DNA of 64,000 nt, taken from positions 248,001-312,000 of the forward strand of contig BDGG01000002.1 of assembly GCA_001949185.1 (NCBI GenBank). The letters run 5' to 3'. Made by a program: the position numbers and the translations under genes. The notes beneath the pieces are model-generated. The model saw only the letters and a program-made list of their open reading frames with translations. It ran no database searches and was not told where the DNA came from. Positions within the stretch are counted from its first letter, which is position 1. Each line of letters starts with the position of its first letter. This DNA is from Ramazzottius varieornatus. Its lineage: Eukaryota > Animalia > Tardigrada. Of this stretch, positions 1-13,100 are shown piece after piece.

Positions 1-2894
1 CGGATGAAGAACTAGCCGTTACCGTACCAACTTGCGCACCGGACTGGCATGTGTAAATGAAGAGGTTGTAAGCTGACTGTGCGAACTGAGGTGGGGAACA
101 CGAGCTGCTCGACGGAGAGGACGGTGAGGGTGAATTGAATGTAGGAGCCAAAGTGGACTGACAGTTGGCTGACACTGTGATGGTGGCAGATGAAGTACCA
201 CCACAGTTATTGGCCGCAGTCACCGTCACGGTTTGTGTCGGGGTGGAGGAAGAAAAGCCGGAGCCGACCGTCACTTGCCCAGTCTGTGAGTTGATGGACA
301 AGGCTTGGCTGTTGAGCGAATAGGAGCTGGTACCCGTGGCTTGAACAGTGCCTACGGATGTCCCCGCTGTGCAGGAGGAGATGAAAAAGTTATAGAAAGT
401 TTGGCTGAACTGTGGCGATGTACAAACTTGCTGGGGTTGGGACTGTCCAAGACAAGAAGGGTTGATGAAGACGATGGCGGAAGCCATGCCGCATTGGCTA
501 CTAGCCATCACCGTCAGTTGGTTGCTGTTGTTGTCGGTCAGTTGGGTCGTCAGGGTAATCTGGCCGGATTGTGGGTTAATGCTGACGGCTGGACTACCTT
601 GGATGGAGTAACTGACTGAAGTACCACCCGTTACCGAAACCGACCCCACGAAGGAGCCAGCAGAGCACTGTGTGATGGAGAACTGGTAAGCTGACTGGAC
701 GAACTGCGGTGGTGTGCACTGCGGTGTTTGGCTGATCGGTTGCGGTTGTGGTTGGGGAGCCGGAAGGCTGAAGACATTAGCTGCTGGCGGAGGCTGGGAG
801 AAGGGCTGCGGGATGGACTGGATGACGGGGAAAGGTTGTGGCTGGGGCTGAGGTTGGTAGACTGGTTGGAGGATGGGTGCTGACGGCGGAGCAAAGATCG
901 GTGGAGCGACGGGGGAAGGTGGCGGCTGGTAGTAAGTGGGACGGGGAATACCGCTGCTACTGCCACCGTATCCTCCTCCTGCCACGGCCGGTACAGCCGG
1001 AGCTGCGTAGGAGGGAGCGGGAAGTGGAGCTGATGGTGCGCCGTACCCTCCAGCGCCATAGGCAGGCGCAGGCGCGGGAGCCTGGATGACTGGCGTGCCG
1101 TATCCACCACCATACGACGGCACTGGTGCTGCAGCGGGCGGGGGAGGTGCTCCATAACTGCCAGCCCCACCATAAGAAGGGGATGGCATCGCTGCTAGGG
1201 CCGATGGGGCACCATATCCTCCACCATAGGACGTAGCCGGAGCTGGGGCTGAAGGGACAGCGTAACCACCTCCATAGGAGGGAGCTGGCAGGGGAGCTGG
1301 CATGGGAGCTGGTATCGGAGCTGCTGCTGCGCCATAACTTGCTCCTCCCCCTCCATAGCTGGGCATTGGTGCAGCAAGCGATGGAGCAGCGTAGCCCCCT
1401 CCAGCGCCGTATGAGGGAGGCGGCACTGGGGCTGAAGGAGCACCATAAGCGCCGTAGGTAGGAGCGGGGACGGAAGGCTGAGCTGGAGCGCCGTAACCTC
1501 CTCCACCACCGTAACTGGGACTGGGTGAAGGAGCAGCTGAACCATAGCCACCAGCACCACCAGCCGAAGGTGTCGGGCCGTAGCCAACCTGCGATGGAGA
1601 AGCCAGTGCCAGAATGCCGAAAACGCCACTGGGAGGTGCTACGCTCTGAGCGCCGTAGCCTCCTGACGCTGCAGCTGCACTACCGTAACCTCCAGCGGAT
1701 GGCGCAGCGGGAGAAGAAGCGTAGCCTGGGGAAGACCCGTATGACGGTGCAGCAGACGAAGAGCCATAACCTCCACCACCGATGGAAGGTACTGAGCCGT
1801 AAGAAGGCGCGGCCGGCGACGAACCGTAATCAGACGCACTGCTACCGTAACCGCCACTGGAAGTCCCAGCACCACTTCCAGAAAATATCGAAGAGGGCAG
1901 TATGTTGACTCGTACTGTACTGTCGCAATACTACAAATGAATGTCAATAGGACAAGATTCTCATTCTGCCCTTCGGACAATACGTTGATTGACTTTACAA
2001 GCTGAACAATTACTCTTGACTTTGAGGCATGCTTTCCATATTGATATTCTGACTTTTTTTACTCTCTGGTGGTTACCCAACGAGGAAAGAGGAAAGCCAT
2101 CTTTGGAACTTACCAGGCGTGACCCGCTGGTCTGAGTGGCGCGTACCCGGAACTCGACGGCGGAGCGCGTATACTTTCTTTGGAGGGAGTTGGAGACGGT
2201 AACGTCACCGGTGACGGGGTTTATTGTGAAGCGTTGAAAGGCAGTGTCTTGGATAGAATACTGTAGGGATGAATTGGTGGGGTCGACAGCGGCTACCTTC
2301 AGGACGAAGCTGCCTGGTGTCAGTGTGTCGGATATGACGGCTGTGTATAATGGTTGAGCACAAACAGGCACATTCCTCGCCAACAACTGCCGACCTTGAG
2401 GTAACTACAAAGGGATCAAACGTCACGTATGGCGTTGTAATCCTTCCAGACGCTACTTTTTATTGGGCGTCTTTGAGCTTGTCTTTCACAGATTCAGGCG
2501 TTGCAAATTTGAAAGCAGTTGAGAACCCGGCAAACTCGACAGTATCACTCTTTTCCAGGGACGCACGCTTCCAGCCAAGAATACCGTAAACATGTGCCAC
2601 TTTGAAAAACAGTCAAAATCTCCAAGCTCGTCTCTCCAAGCCTAGTTCTCACTTGTTGAAAATAACGTACAAAAAGAAGTAAGGCCTTCAGTTCCAAAAT
2701 CGTCTCAGAAAGAACTTGAATTTCCTACTATCGCACACTTTCGGAGCCAAGAGCTAGGTTTGAATTTGGCCTGGCTGAATGATCGACTACATGTTCGCAG
2801 ATTAAAACAATTGCCTTACCAGTTTGGTCGAGCGACATGTTGAGCAAATGTATAGGAGGATGAATATGGGAAAGAAAGGTCTTAGACGTATCAT
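1..2894 (-). CDS. Secreted cadherin-like repeat protein with a long Gly/Tyr/Ala/Pro/Ser low-complexity region (partial; runs off the window start)
   Basis: Exons 2894-2820 (MIRLRPFFPIFILLYICSTCRSTKL, signal-peptide-like), 2404-2114 (cadherin repeat PVCAQPLYTAVISD...FTINPVTGDVTV...VRATQ) and 1930-<1. All joins are GT-AG and in phase. The last exon gives YCDSTVRVNIL, then GGYG/APSYG repeats, then short PxF..Y.F..C..G..VG.V cadherin-like repeats. The ORF track misses the main frame because it has no stop inside the window. Confidence 0.8.
2531..2620. repeat. N27 palindromic element (1 unit), intron 1 of the cadherin-like gene
   Basis: CAAACTCGAC...CCAGGGACGCA-N27-TGTGCCACTTT. Confidence 0.7.
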
Positions 2895-4132
2895 TAGAGA
2901 GACGGAAGACTGTGGGTGCCAGTATCTGCGCTGGTTGTGCAGGCTAGTCCAGCTGGTAATCCACATGAGTAAAGAGAACAAGAGATTGAGGCGCACAGCG
3001 CCCAAAGGTCACTTCGGTATCGCGCCGATGACCAACAGAAGACTTTGCCGGTACTCATGTGATCTTGTTATCCAGACATAATTCCATAATCCAGTCAACG
3101 GAACGGGACACGCTGCGCTTGCACCTCTGCAGGTTGTCAATCGAGGAAGTGAAAGATTGAGTGAAAGAACGACCCCTTATTTACTCTACCAAATATTCCT
3201 CTTGTCTCACGGCGATGGAGACGCATTAGGCGAGAAAAACCTTTGGAGCTAAAGACTGACCATCAAGCTGGGCAACGCGGCGACGGAACAACGACAAGGC
3301 GTTAAAGTAAAGTTCATCCATCTGTATGGTCAGTACACATTGACCATATATTACGTGATGACTGGGATGGCTTCGGACCGACAGGCTCATCTGCCATCAG
3401 TGCGCCAGCTGATGGTACTGTATACGTCCATCAGTGTAGGCTATTTCACACGATGCTCTGTTTTTCTTAGCATCCCCTCCCTTTCTACTTGAACCGCATG
3501 GTCTTGTTGTTTCGTCCCCCTAAACTAGGTGAAACGGGCTTTGATCAACGTTGGACGAGGCGCCGTTGCGCTGCGGCGACGGACAGCGGACCTGCCTCAC
3601 CCGCTGGCGCTATCAGCGCTATCTGCGCCATTGTTGGCCTCTCAACAAGAGCACTAACCGGTATGCTCCCAAAGACATACAGGCAGTGTATATTTGACAA
3701 CAAACTGTTACATTCTCTGCGCCTATGTACTCTGCATCTTAAGAACAACACGCAGCGTGCGATCTCACTGGGCTCTCTGTCCGCGACGGACAATGGCCAC
3801 ACTGCGCAGTCAAGGATATCCACTCTCGACCCAACCTGCCGCTCAATCTTCCCTCACTGTCCTCGCCTCCAGTCACAGACTCAAAACTGCACTGTCGAAA
3901 AGTGTCAAAATGCTTCCTTCTTCTGCATAATGACTGACCAAAATTACCGGTGGATATCATCTGATGCCAAAAGAGCGGCCACAGTCACAGCCCGATACAA
4001 GCTTTTTTCCCTACACAAGCAATCCCACTGAAAATGTCCAGATGTTCTTATTGATTATAGTCATCGTGGAGTTGTTTTGTTTGATGCATTTAGCGAAGAG
4101 TAGCCAGGCGCCAGCTGGATGGCTGGCTGATA

Positions 4133-7100
4133 TCAGGCCTCGCTGGACTGTTGGTAGGCTTGTCGTACGATGGCGCCCTCAAAGTCTTGGGGGAGAGTGT
4201 CGCTGCCGTACAGCTTCCACTTGTACGTCTGAAAGAGCGGTAACCACTTGCATATACCACTCTTCCCTGCTAATCATCTGTTGACAAAAGACCCTTACCG
4301 TAAAGCGGTCAATGCCGAAGGATGGTACAGTCAGGTGGAAGACCACTACTTCCATCCAGGCGTTATCGGTATTCAGTGCACTGTCCAAGTAGCCGCGGTA
4401 CAACTCACCCAGTGTCAGCGCCTGCGCCCCAAAGTTCTCCATGATCTTGGCCAGTCTACCTCTCAGAATATCCATCATTGTCTAGCAAATTACACAGAAC
4501 AGTCAATCAATTGTACTCTGCTGATAGGCACTATCTTCCGTCAAACTCTTTACATCACTCATCATTGGCATCGACGTGACGTCTTCCACGTCCAGGTCCG
4601 TCTCGTTCAGCGTCGTCGTGTCGTACAGGAAGGCATCCAAAAGTAAGCACGCCACTGCGTATTCCGATTCATGGTGACCCAAGAATCGCTACAACATATT
4701 GGCCATGCTTTGAATTGGGGACCTCGATGAACAACCTCAACCAGGTCCTTTCATAAGTGGCGCATCCTATACTGTACAGTGTATACTGCCGACCTGCCTT
4801 TTGGAGCATGCCACTATTCTCCTCTTTAGCCTTTGAGCTGTTTACCTGTGGCAAAGTGGCGTCGCTGGTGGGCGTTCGTTGGACAATGTAACGGAAGCCA
4901 GCTGCGGAGGAGTTGGTGATGAGGAGGTAGACCTTGTGGTTGGGGCCGAAACGCGGCATACCACCGCGACCCCGAAGACCAGTACGACCGAAAGGGTTTC
5001 TGCAGAGAGAAAAGTATCTTGATGGAGTAGGCTCTTTACTACAAGATAGTGTATACAGCGACAAGGTGGTTAAAGTCAGTTGGACTGACAGTGGGTTGCC
5101 GTTAGAGTCGACGTTGTATGAGACAGCTTGGCCATCTTGGGTGGTGATCCAGCAGCGACGGCCTCGGGAGCGGCCTGATACTGAGCGCAAGTCCGACTCA
5201 GAGTCCACCCAAGGCGATTCCTCCCCGCTGAATTCTCCGGCAGCCTTGTTGTAAACCTCCGGCCGGTAATCGTCCAGCGAATCCTACAACACAGCCAGTT
5301 TCTACCGCTGGAAATGGTTTGGAGCGAAACACTTTTCTAATCCAAAACTTCACCATGAGTTTGGCCTGGGTTTACCTGCCAGTCCACTCGATCGTCGGGG
5401 ACGTACAGTCGAGAGATGGCTGTTGCCGGGTAGGGTGAGGCACGCGACTGTTTATGTGGATAAGGCTGCGCCACTTCCGACACACTTCTCAGCCCTAAAC
5501 ACAATATTCCTTCCTCATTTTCCCCCTGATTTTCACCATCAATATCCACCACCTTTCCGAAGGCATGGGTACGTACGATTGCTTTTCATCTGGGCGGCAT
5601 CTTGAGCTGTCCTCCCTGTCTGCCGGGTGTATTCTTCCACATCCATCATCTTCCGGTCAGCGGCCGTCAGTTTCTTGGCCAGAAGCGCCAAATCGGCCTG
5701 AATCTCCGTCAAGCTAATAGCAACATGCAGTAATTCGTCGGTCCCCTGTCTTTCAAGATACCAATGTTTTTCTTACGTTTTGACTTGCTGTTGAGGGACT
5801 TTGGGCGCTTCGGCTTCCTGTTCCTTGCCGCGGAAGTAGTCGAGAGCTACACCCTTCCAGAAAGTGTACGTGTCCCATTCGATGGCTTCACGGCTGACTC
5901 CTTTGTTCGTCAGTCCTGACTGCAAACACAAGACATGGACAGACACTATCAAGACCTTTTACGTCTAAAGAAAATAAGCTTTTTCCTTACTCCCAGTCTG
6001 GGCGTTTTGCGCTCAAAGATGAGTCTGTAGATGTAGCCTAAAGCGTAAAAGGGTGGCGGCATGCTGGTACGATTGGCGTAGTCCATCACCACGCGAGCTC
6101 GATGATACTTCCAAACCAGGTTGGCCTGCGCAGCTTGCTGCAGTTGTCGGTACCTGAAAACAACACCGTATTTCAAGCTTACTCTATTATGGCATAGTTT
6201 TCATCCACCTTTCTGGCTTGCTTTTGACCAGTCTAGCCTTACACGTAGAAGGCGCTCAGCAGGTTGGAAAGGCCCAGTTTCAGCAAGACGTAGTACTGGA
6301 TGACGAAGAAGTAGGACCAGAAGCTGACGGTGGGACAGCTGTAGTCGTCGTACTCGCCCGTCCAGCATCGCTCAGGCGGAATACCGTCAGCTCGACCACT
6401 GCGATCAGTGTGCCGCCACGGCGCCGACAAGCCTTTAGTCCTCTGCCGTTCGCAGCCTGGCGTACTGCAAAACAGACAAATTGAGACTAGTACTTGCAGC
6501 TCTCCGCTACCGATATTAGGTAAGAAACGACGGTATACGGTTTCACTCCGATCGCTATCCCAACCGGCGGACGTCTACCGTGGTGTAGGCTGAAAGCGTG
6601 CACCACTTCAAAACAAAATGACCTTGCAAAGTGGCGCACGGTTACAGAGGTATTGGCTGAGAGCGTGCGTCACTTGGAAAATTCTTGTAGGTAGATCGAT
6701 CCTATACATCAGCCAAATGGCCTCCACGGAAGTCACACGGTCAAGTCTGGTTCAGTCCTACCTGCAAGACTTCCCATAACTCATTCCAATAATCCAACGG
6801 ACTACTTACTATTCGAGTTCGTTGGGGAAGCCAGCAAAGATGGTGAAAACCCCGCGGTACCAGGCGTGGCGCCAGTCGTCGCCCGTCAACGGCCAGTCCG
6901 GCGTTATGACGCCTTGGAAGATGAGCGTTGTAGCAATCTACAAATACCGACAGAGCAGAAGAAGCTTTGAGCGTTGCCGTCTTTGCCGGTTGGCTTCTTT
7001 CTTTTCGCGAGCGAGCAGGAAAAGAAACAAGTCATCGAGGATGCTTACCATGAAAGGAGCCAGCAGCACCAGCCAGCGGGCCAGGTCGTCGCAGAACATC

Positions 7101-10100
7101 TGGCCGACAATGCGGATCACCGGCCCGAAGGTCTTCTCCATGTAGTAGAAGAAGCTCCACACCCGATAACAGTAGTACAGAATACCTGCAAGAGAAGGTC
7201 ACGCAGTGTAAAACCGGTTTGGTTATCGGATATGGACAACATATTTTGCTACGTTTTCTTCATAAATGAGGTGAGTATAGTAAAGACAGGGAAGTTTCCC
7301 AAGAATTATTTACCGAAGGCCAGAATGACACGCCCGGCGAAGGGGTGATCGTATCGATACGGAGCGATGCGGTACAAGAAGAAGAGAATGTTGAAGAGCG
7401 TCTGCGATATCAGATCGTAGCTGCGCTCGACCCAGAAGATCTTTCGGTAATGCCGCTGATCGTACAGCGTCCTAAAGAGAAAAAAATGTCATTGATAAAC
7501 AGTCCTAATCGTTTTGACCGCATGGCCCTTCGGCAAGGAGACTGGACGGAATTCTTCTGCCAAGTGGCGCGCGTTTCCAGCTCATAACACCAGAGTTATG
7601 CGCCACTTGGGACGAGGGTCAAAGTCGACAGCATCGCTTCCCCCCAAGTAGCGCAGGCTTTCGGCCAATAACAACGCAGATATGCGCCACTTGGGAAAGC
7701 AATCGTGTCCAGTTTGCTTTCCATAAGGAGAGGCTCACCGGGTGACGATGTCGGACCAAATGCTGATGGTGATGACAAAGACGGCGATGTCGACGCCGAT
7801 GAAGCGGCAGGGGGGCAGCATGATGTCGACGCAGATGAGGATGATGAACATCCAGTAGAAGAGATGCCAGGCGTAGAAGCGCACCACCGGTGCGGACCAG
7901 ACGGCGTGGATCATTTGCCCCAGAGGCGGTCTCTGTTGAGACATGGTTGTGTTTTCCGCGTCAGCGCCACCTGTCTGGTAGCGTTTCACCTTGGCCAACA
8001 CCCGGTTGATGTCTTCTTCCGTCCGAGGACGCAAAACACCCTCTGAAATTGGCCGATAAAAATAGGATCACAGTTTCATGTGATGACCGCAACGGCTCGA
8101 CCAGATGAGAGATAGTCGCGACTCTCGAGCTTGCTGGCTATAGTTACCTTTGGCTGGGTCGTCGATGGGGGCAGTAGTGGGCTGTCGCAGTAGCGGGAAG
8201 CTCAGCCATATGTACATGGGGAAGACCAAGACGGCCGAAAGAAAGAGCTTCAGGCTATCGTAGTTGCCCTTCACCCTGATGAAGTTGGAGTAGTACTGGT
8301 CGAGCCAACCCTGCACACTGCCATGCGCTACGAAACCTCTGCAGAGAAAGATAGCCAGTCAACAAATTTCACTTCGAATTTTGCACATACTGGCATCAAG
8401 AGCTCGGCAAACAAGCTTGACAAAATCGCTGTCTCTCCTCAAGTGGCGCACGTTTGCCTTGTTAAGGGCTGGAAATATGCGCCACTTGGAAAAGCAATCT
8501 TGCCTAGTTTGATCCTTTTCCCAAGCGGCGCACTTTTCAGTGTTATTGACTGGACCGCTTGGAAGACGATCGTGTCGAGTTTGTTTGGTTAGGTCCCAGC
8601 TCGAAAACTTCCACAGCGATTCGAACAACAGTCATTGGACTAGCTTGGCTAGCATGTCGTACTTGTTGTTGGTGTCATAGGCCAGTTCCAGTGGCGTCTT
8701 GTCGTTAAAGTCCGGGAAGCGTTGGGTGAGGATGACGGGTCCCCGTTGCCCGGACTTCTGGACACCCTTGTCGAAAATGTCCACCGCCACTTTAGCCAGG
8801 TCATTGGCGATGTTTTTGAGACCTACGCCAGTAGCTGCATTGCTGACTCGTTTGTACAACCCGTGGAACAGCGACTCGGCAAAGAGGGCTTGCGGCAACG
8901 GCTCCGCATGATGCTTGATCAGCGTCTTGACCATCTTGGGACGGTTGAACAAAACGGCGTGGACAATCAAGGCATTCATAGCCTACAACGAAAACCCCAC
9001 AGTTACTGTACTGTCTGGACGACCACTCGGCAAGATCGTTGTACCAAGTGGCGCACACTCACAGCTAATAACAGTGGATCCGTGCGCCACTTGGGAGATC
9101 AACTCGACAAGATAGCTTTCCGAGTGGCGCATTCTTTCAGCTGGTAAGTTAACACGGTAAAGGTGCGCCGCCTGCGAAAACTATCTTTGGCCAGTTTGTT
9201 TGCCAAGCTTCATAATTTGACTCAAGATTCCGTAACCAGTGAGACTACCTTCTTTTCCTCCGTAGCATTGTTGAAGTCCTCCGTCTGGCCGTAGGCGGCA
9301 GCCGTCAGTCCGTAAGCATCGATGTAGTTGCGGACACCGGTTAATTCTTTAATGAGCCAGTTGAGTCCGCTGGTGATGAAATCCGGTCCCACAGGCTCGA
9401 CTGCACATGACAAATTCAAAAAAATTTGGTCTGACGCTCGAGTTAAGCATAGCACTGATGGCAGACAGAAAGAAAGATACATAGATACAGTCACGGTCAT
9501 GGGTCATGGGCACCCCTTCAAACTTTCACTTTTTTCGGTATACACCGCGATCCTCTGGACGGAATCACATTATTGTTTCTTCTCCTAACCGGCAAAACAC
9601 TACTCTTCAAACTGCAGAGACAATGAAAGTAAATCTCAAAGTAAAACAAACGTTGTATTTCGGCGACCCAAAAGACACCGGAATTCTCAATGTCCACCGA
9701 TACGGTAATCCTGGATTCAAAAATTAATAACTTGGTGTCCACAAGACTGTTCAATGTAAATTTTTTTACATAAACCACAGGTTTCGTTACGTGTTCTGAC
9801 GTGTTTGAACCAACAAGATCTTCTGTTCTGAACCTTAGAAAAAAAAACGTTTCGAAAATGTCTTCCTCCAGATCTGAGCACGCCCTTCAAATTCGAGAAC
9901 TTGTCATCAGACATCATTCAAATCGCGTCGGAGCGAGTGCAATAGCTCGCCGGGTATGTCTTCCACGGACTACAGTCCAGAATATGATCAAGAAGTTCGA
10001 GATGACGGGATCAGCGGAAGTGAAGCGACGACCGGGACCAACTCGGAAGACCACTGCCCTCATTGATCGGATTATCGTGCGCAAGGCAAAGTAAGATCGA

Positions 10101-13100
10101 CGTATTTCTGCTGTTAAAATCCAAGCCCAAATCATGACCGAACATTCCGTTGACATTTCGGAGTCCACAGTCAAACGCCGGATCAACGAGCAAGGTATGT
10201 TTGGAAGGGTGGCCCGTAAAAAACCGTTCGTCAACTACGCTAGCAGAATGAAGCGTCTAAACTTTGTCAAGATGTACGTAAAGGAACCGCAGTCGTTTTG
10301 GAATAACGTCTTGTGGTCAGATGAGACCAAAATAAACCTCTTTGGTTCAGATGGAATGGTTCGAGTTTGGAGAAAGCCGGGTGAGGAATATGCGCCAGTT
10401 TGCACGGTACCGACTGTGAAGCATGGTGGTGGTCGGCTGATTTTCTGGGGATGTTCCAGCGCTAGAGGAGTGGGAAATCTCGTTGTGATAAAAGGAAATA
10501 TAGATGGCCTCATGTATCGAAACATTATGGACCAGAACGTGCTTCAGTCGGCGAAGAAATTGAAGTTGAAGAAGGGGTGGCACTACCAGCAGGACAACGA
10601 TTCGAAGCATACTTCAATCGTTTCTCGGGACTGGATAATCGAAAAGAAGATCAAAATCTTGCAGTGGGCACCCTACTCACCAGACCTTAACCCAATAGAG
10701 CACTTATGGTCGGAAGTCGAACGCCAGCTGAAAGGAAGGCATCCTTCGAACCTGGAAGAACTGGAGGAAACCGTCAAGGAAATCTGGTACGGAATGGACC
10801 CCGAAATATGCGCAAAGTTAGTTCGTTCCATTCCGAACCGGCTTCGAAAGGTAAAGAAGAACCGTGGCTACCCAACGAAATACTAAGAAGCCAGCGCGTA
10901 ACGAGAAAAACGTGGGAAACAAATTTTCGTCTGAAGGTGATGCGATTTGTAGCTGGTGAATTTTGGGCACAATTAGGAAAAATATTTTCCTCGCTTTTCT
11001 AAGTTATCCTTTCTGATCTGAATTATCATTAGTAGATGGGTAAAGCTTCGAACCAGATGTACATAAAATTGGAAACGAATCGGAGTGACCGTTGACGAGC
11101 TTTACCAGAAATAGGGAAAGTTTACGAGGGTGCCCATGATCCATGACCGTGACTGTAGTTGAAAAGACCAACCGATGCTGTATCGCATGATGCCTTCCCA
11201 GACATGTTCGGGAAAGAACTGACGGTCCTTGGCTTCTCGGAACAGTTTCAGTAACTTCACATCACTGACGTACTTCCGCGTCCGAAAAAGGTGTTGGAGG
11301 TAAATGTCGACGAACATTTCCCGGTTTGGAAGCAACAAAGCCAACTCGAAGACACTTTCCGGCAGCTAAAATTAGTATCTTGTCTTTAAGTAATGACATT
11401 TGGTAAGATTCCACTTGAGGGTGCACTGTAGAACAGAAGGAACAGCGCGGAGAGAGCCTAAGTTGTCCAACCATAATCACGTTTAGAAAAATGTGAATTA
11501 CCTCCATGTCAGACCAGGGTGCCTTGTTCAGCAGCATGTTCAGGGCCACAGTATGGTTGTTGCATTTGACCGCCAAGGACAAGAAATGCTCGAACAAGTC
11601 CGGCGTCGCTTCTGCAAAGTGAAACAAGGCGTGAGTAACTGACAGTAAGGCAGGGATCACATGCTGACGAGTGGCCATAAAAGTCAGCTTACTGGTGCTG
11701 GAGGAGCCGATGACGCTCTTCAGGACGAAACTCTGCAGGTCGCCAAAGTTCTCCATCTGTCGGCAGTTCATGATGGACAACAGCGGTCCTTGTTGGTCGG
11801 GGAAACCCAGCTTCAAAACCTCCATAACGGAATTCAGGCAGTCAACCATCGAGTATTCGTCTTCACGAAGAAAAGGGAAGGCACGCTGGAGCTGCGTTCC
11901 AACGCTGGTTCGGAGACCTGGACCATCCAACTCTGCGCTGTAAAAAAAACGGACATGCGACCAAAACTTTGAACAATCTGCCTTCTCCGGTATTACAGAT
12001 CAAAAGTCCGGTTGCCCCAAGTGGCATACGCTTTCAGTCAATATCGCTGAAAACGTGCGCCACTCGAATGAAAGAATCTCGACGGATCGTTTTGAAAGTA
12101 GCGCACTCTTTCAGCCAAGAACAATGAAAATGCGCCCCACTTGAAGTAACGATCGTCTACGTTTCGTTTGCCATCCCCCAGATTAGTGTCTGTACATACC
12201 TTTCATGGATGGCACTGGACAGAATATTTCCCAGACCACCACAGCCTTCCATGATGACGATGGGAACTTTAGCTTCCAGATAGGCTCTAATGCGATCCAG
12301 GTCGTCCAGCTCGCCCTGGAAGAGAAAAGCCACCATGGGCACTCCCACAAACTTCCGACCTTCTTCCCTGCGGCCTGCAAATGGCACTTGCGATAACGTA
12401 CGGCACAGCATGGCCCCAGAAAACTATCAATGGTAAGAGCCATTTACCGGACGTAGCTCGTCGGTTGAGTTCTTCCTGAACTTCCCTTTCGAAAGCGACC
12501 CGCAGCAAGCTGGACTCCTTGTAGGATTGGCTCTCCATCATGGCGTACAGTGGATGGTAGCCGTCCAGTGGGAATTTTGGTGGAGGCGCGTTGGCACTGC
12601 CGATCGACACTGGTACATCATGCGGATATTCCTGTTGTAATGACACAGGTTGGCCCACAGAAAATTCATATCTTGAATAAAAGGAAACGCATGACGTCTC
12701 AGACCCGTTCGTACTTACAACACGAAACTGGCTACACCCCACAGGCCACAGCCATTGTGATACGTCATACAGTGTACGACAAAACAAATCGTTAAAAATG
12801 GGTGTATGGAGCCAGACGGTTGAAGCCAATAAAATTTTCGCATGCATGAAAAACTAATTTTCATTGGCTGAGTTGTAAGTAAGCTCAGCTGGAGTGTTAC
12901 GCCCATTTCTAACGGGTCAATTTTGTCGTACACTGTACTCAACCTCCACTAGTACGGCCTTTAATAGCGAGTAAGATCAAACGACACACAAAATACTTCT
13001 GTCTTGCACTTACCGTATCTGCTTCGTTGTACCTGAAGAAAGTACAATGTCCGAATCGTATCAGACTACGTCATAATTTTCGTCTAAGAATTAACATTGC

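Noticed and set aside
631-1980. ORF-track proteins overlapping the Gly/Tyr-rich region on both strands
   Set aside because: They are shadow frames of a repetitive GC-rich exon; the real frame is the one that continues the cadherin domain.
3489-4031. 180-aa plus-strand ORF and its antisense ORFs
   Set aside because: No recognisable motifs or convincing splice structure; probably UTR or intergenic.
5467-5477. TGCGCCACTT half-site here, and AAGTGGCGCA at about 29066
   Set aside because: Both appear to be exonic, lack a partner at 27 nt, and are probably chance matches.
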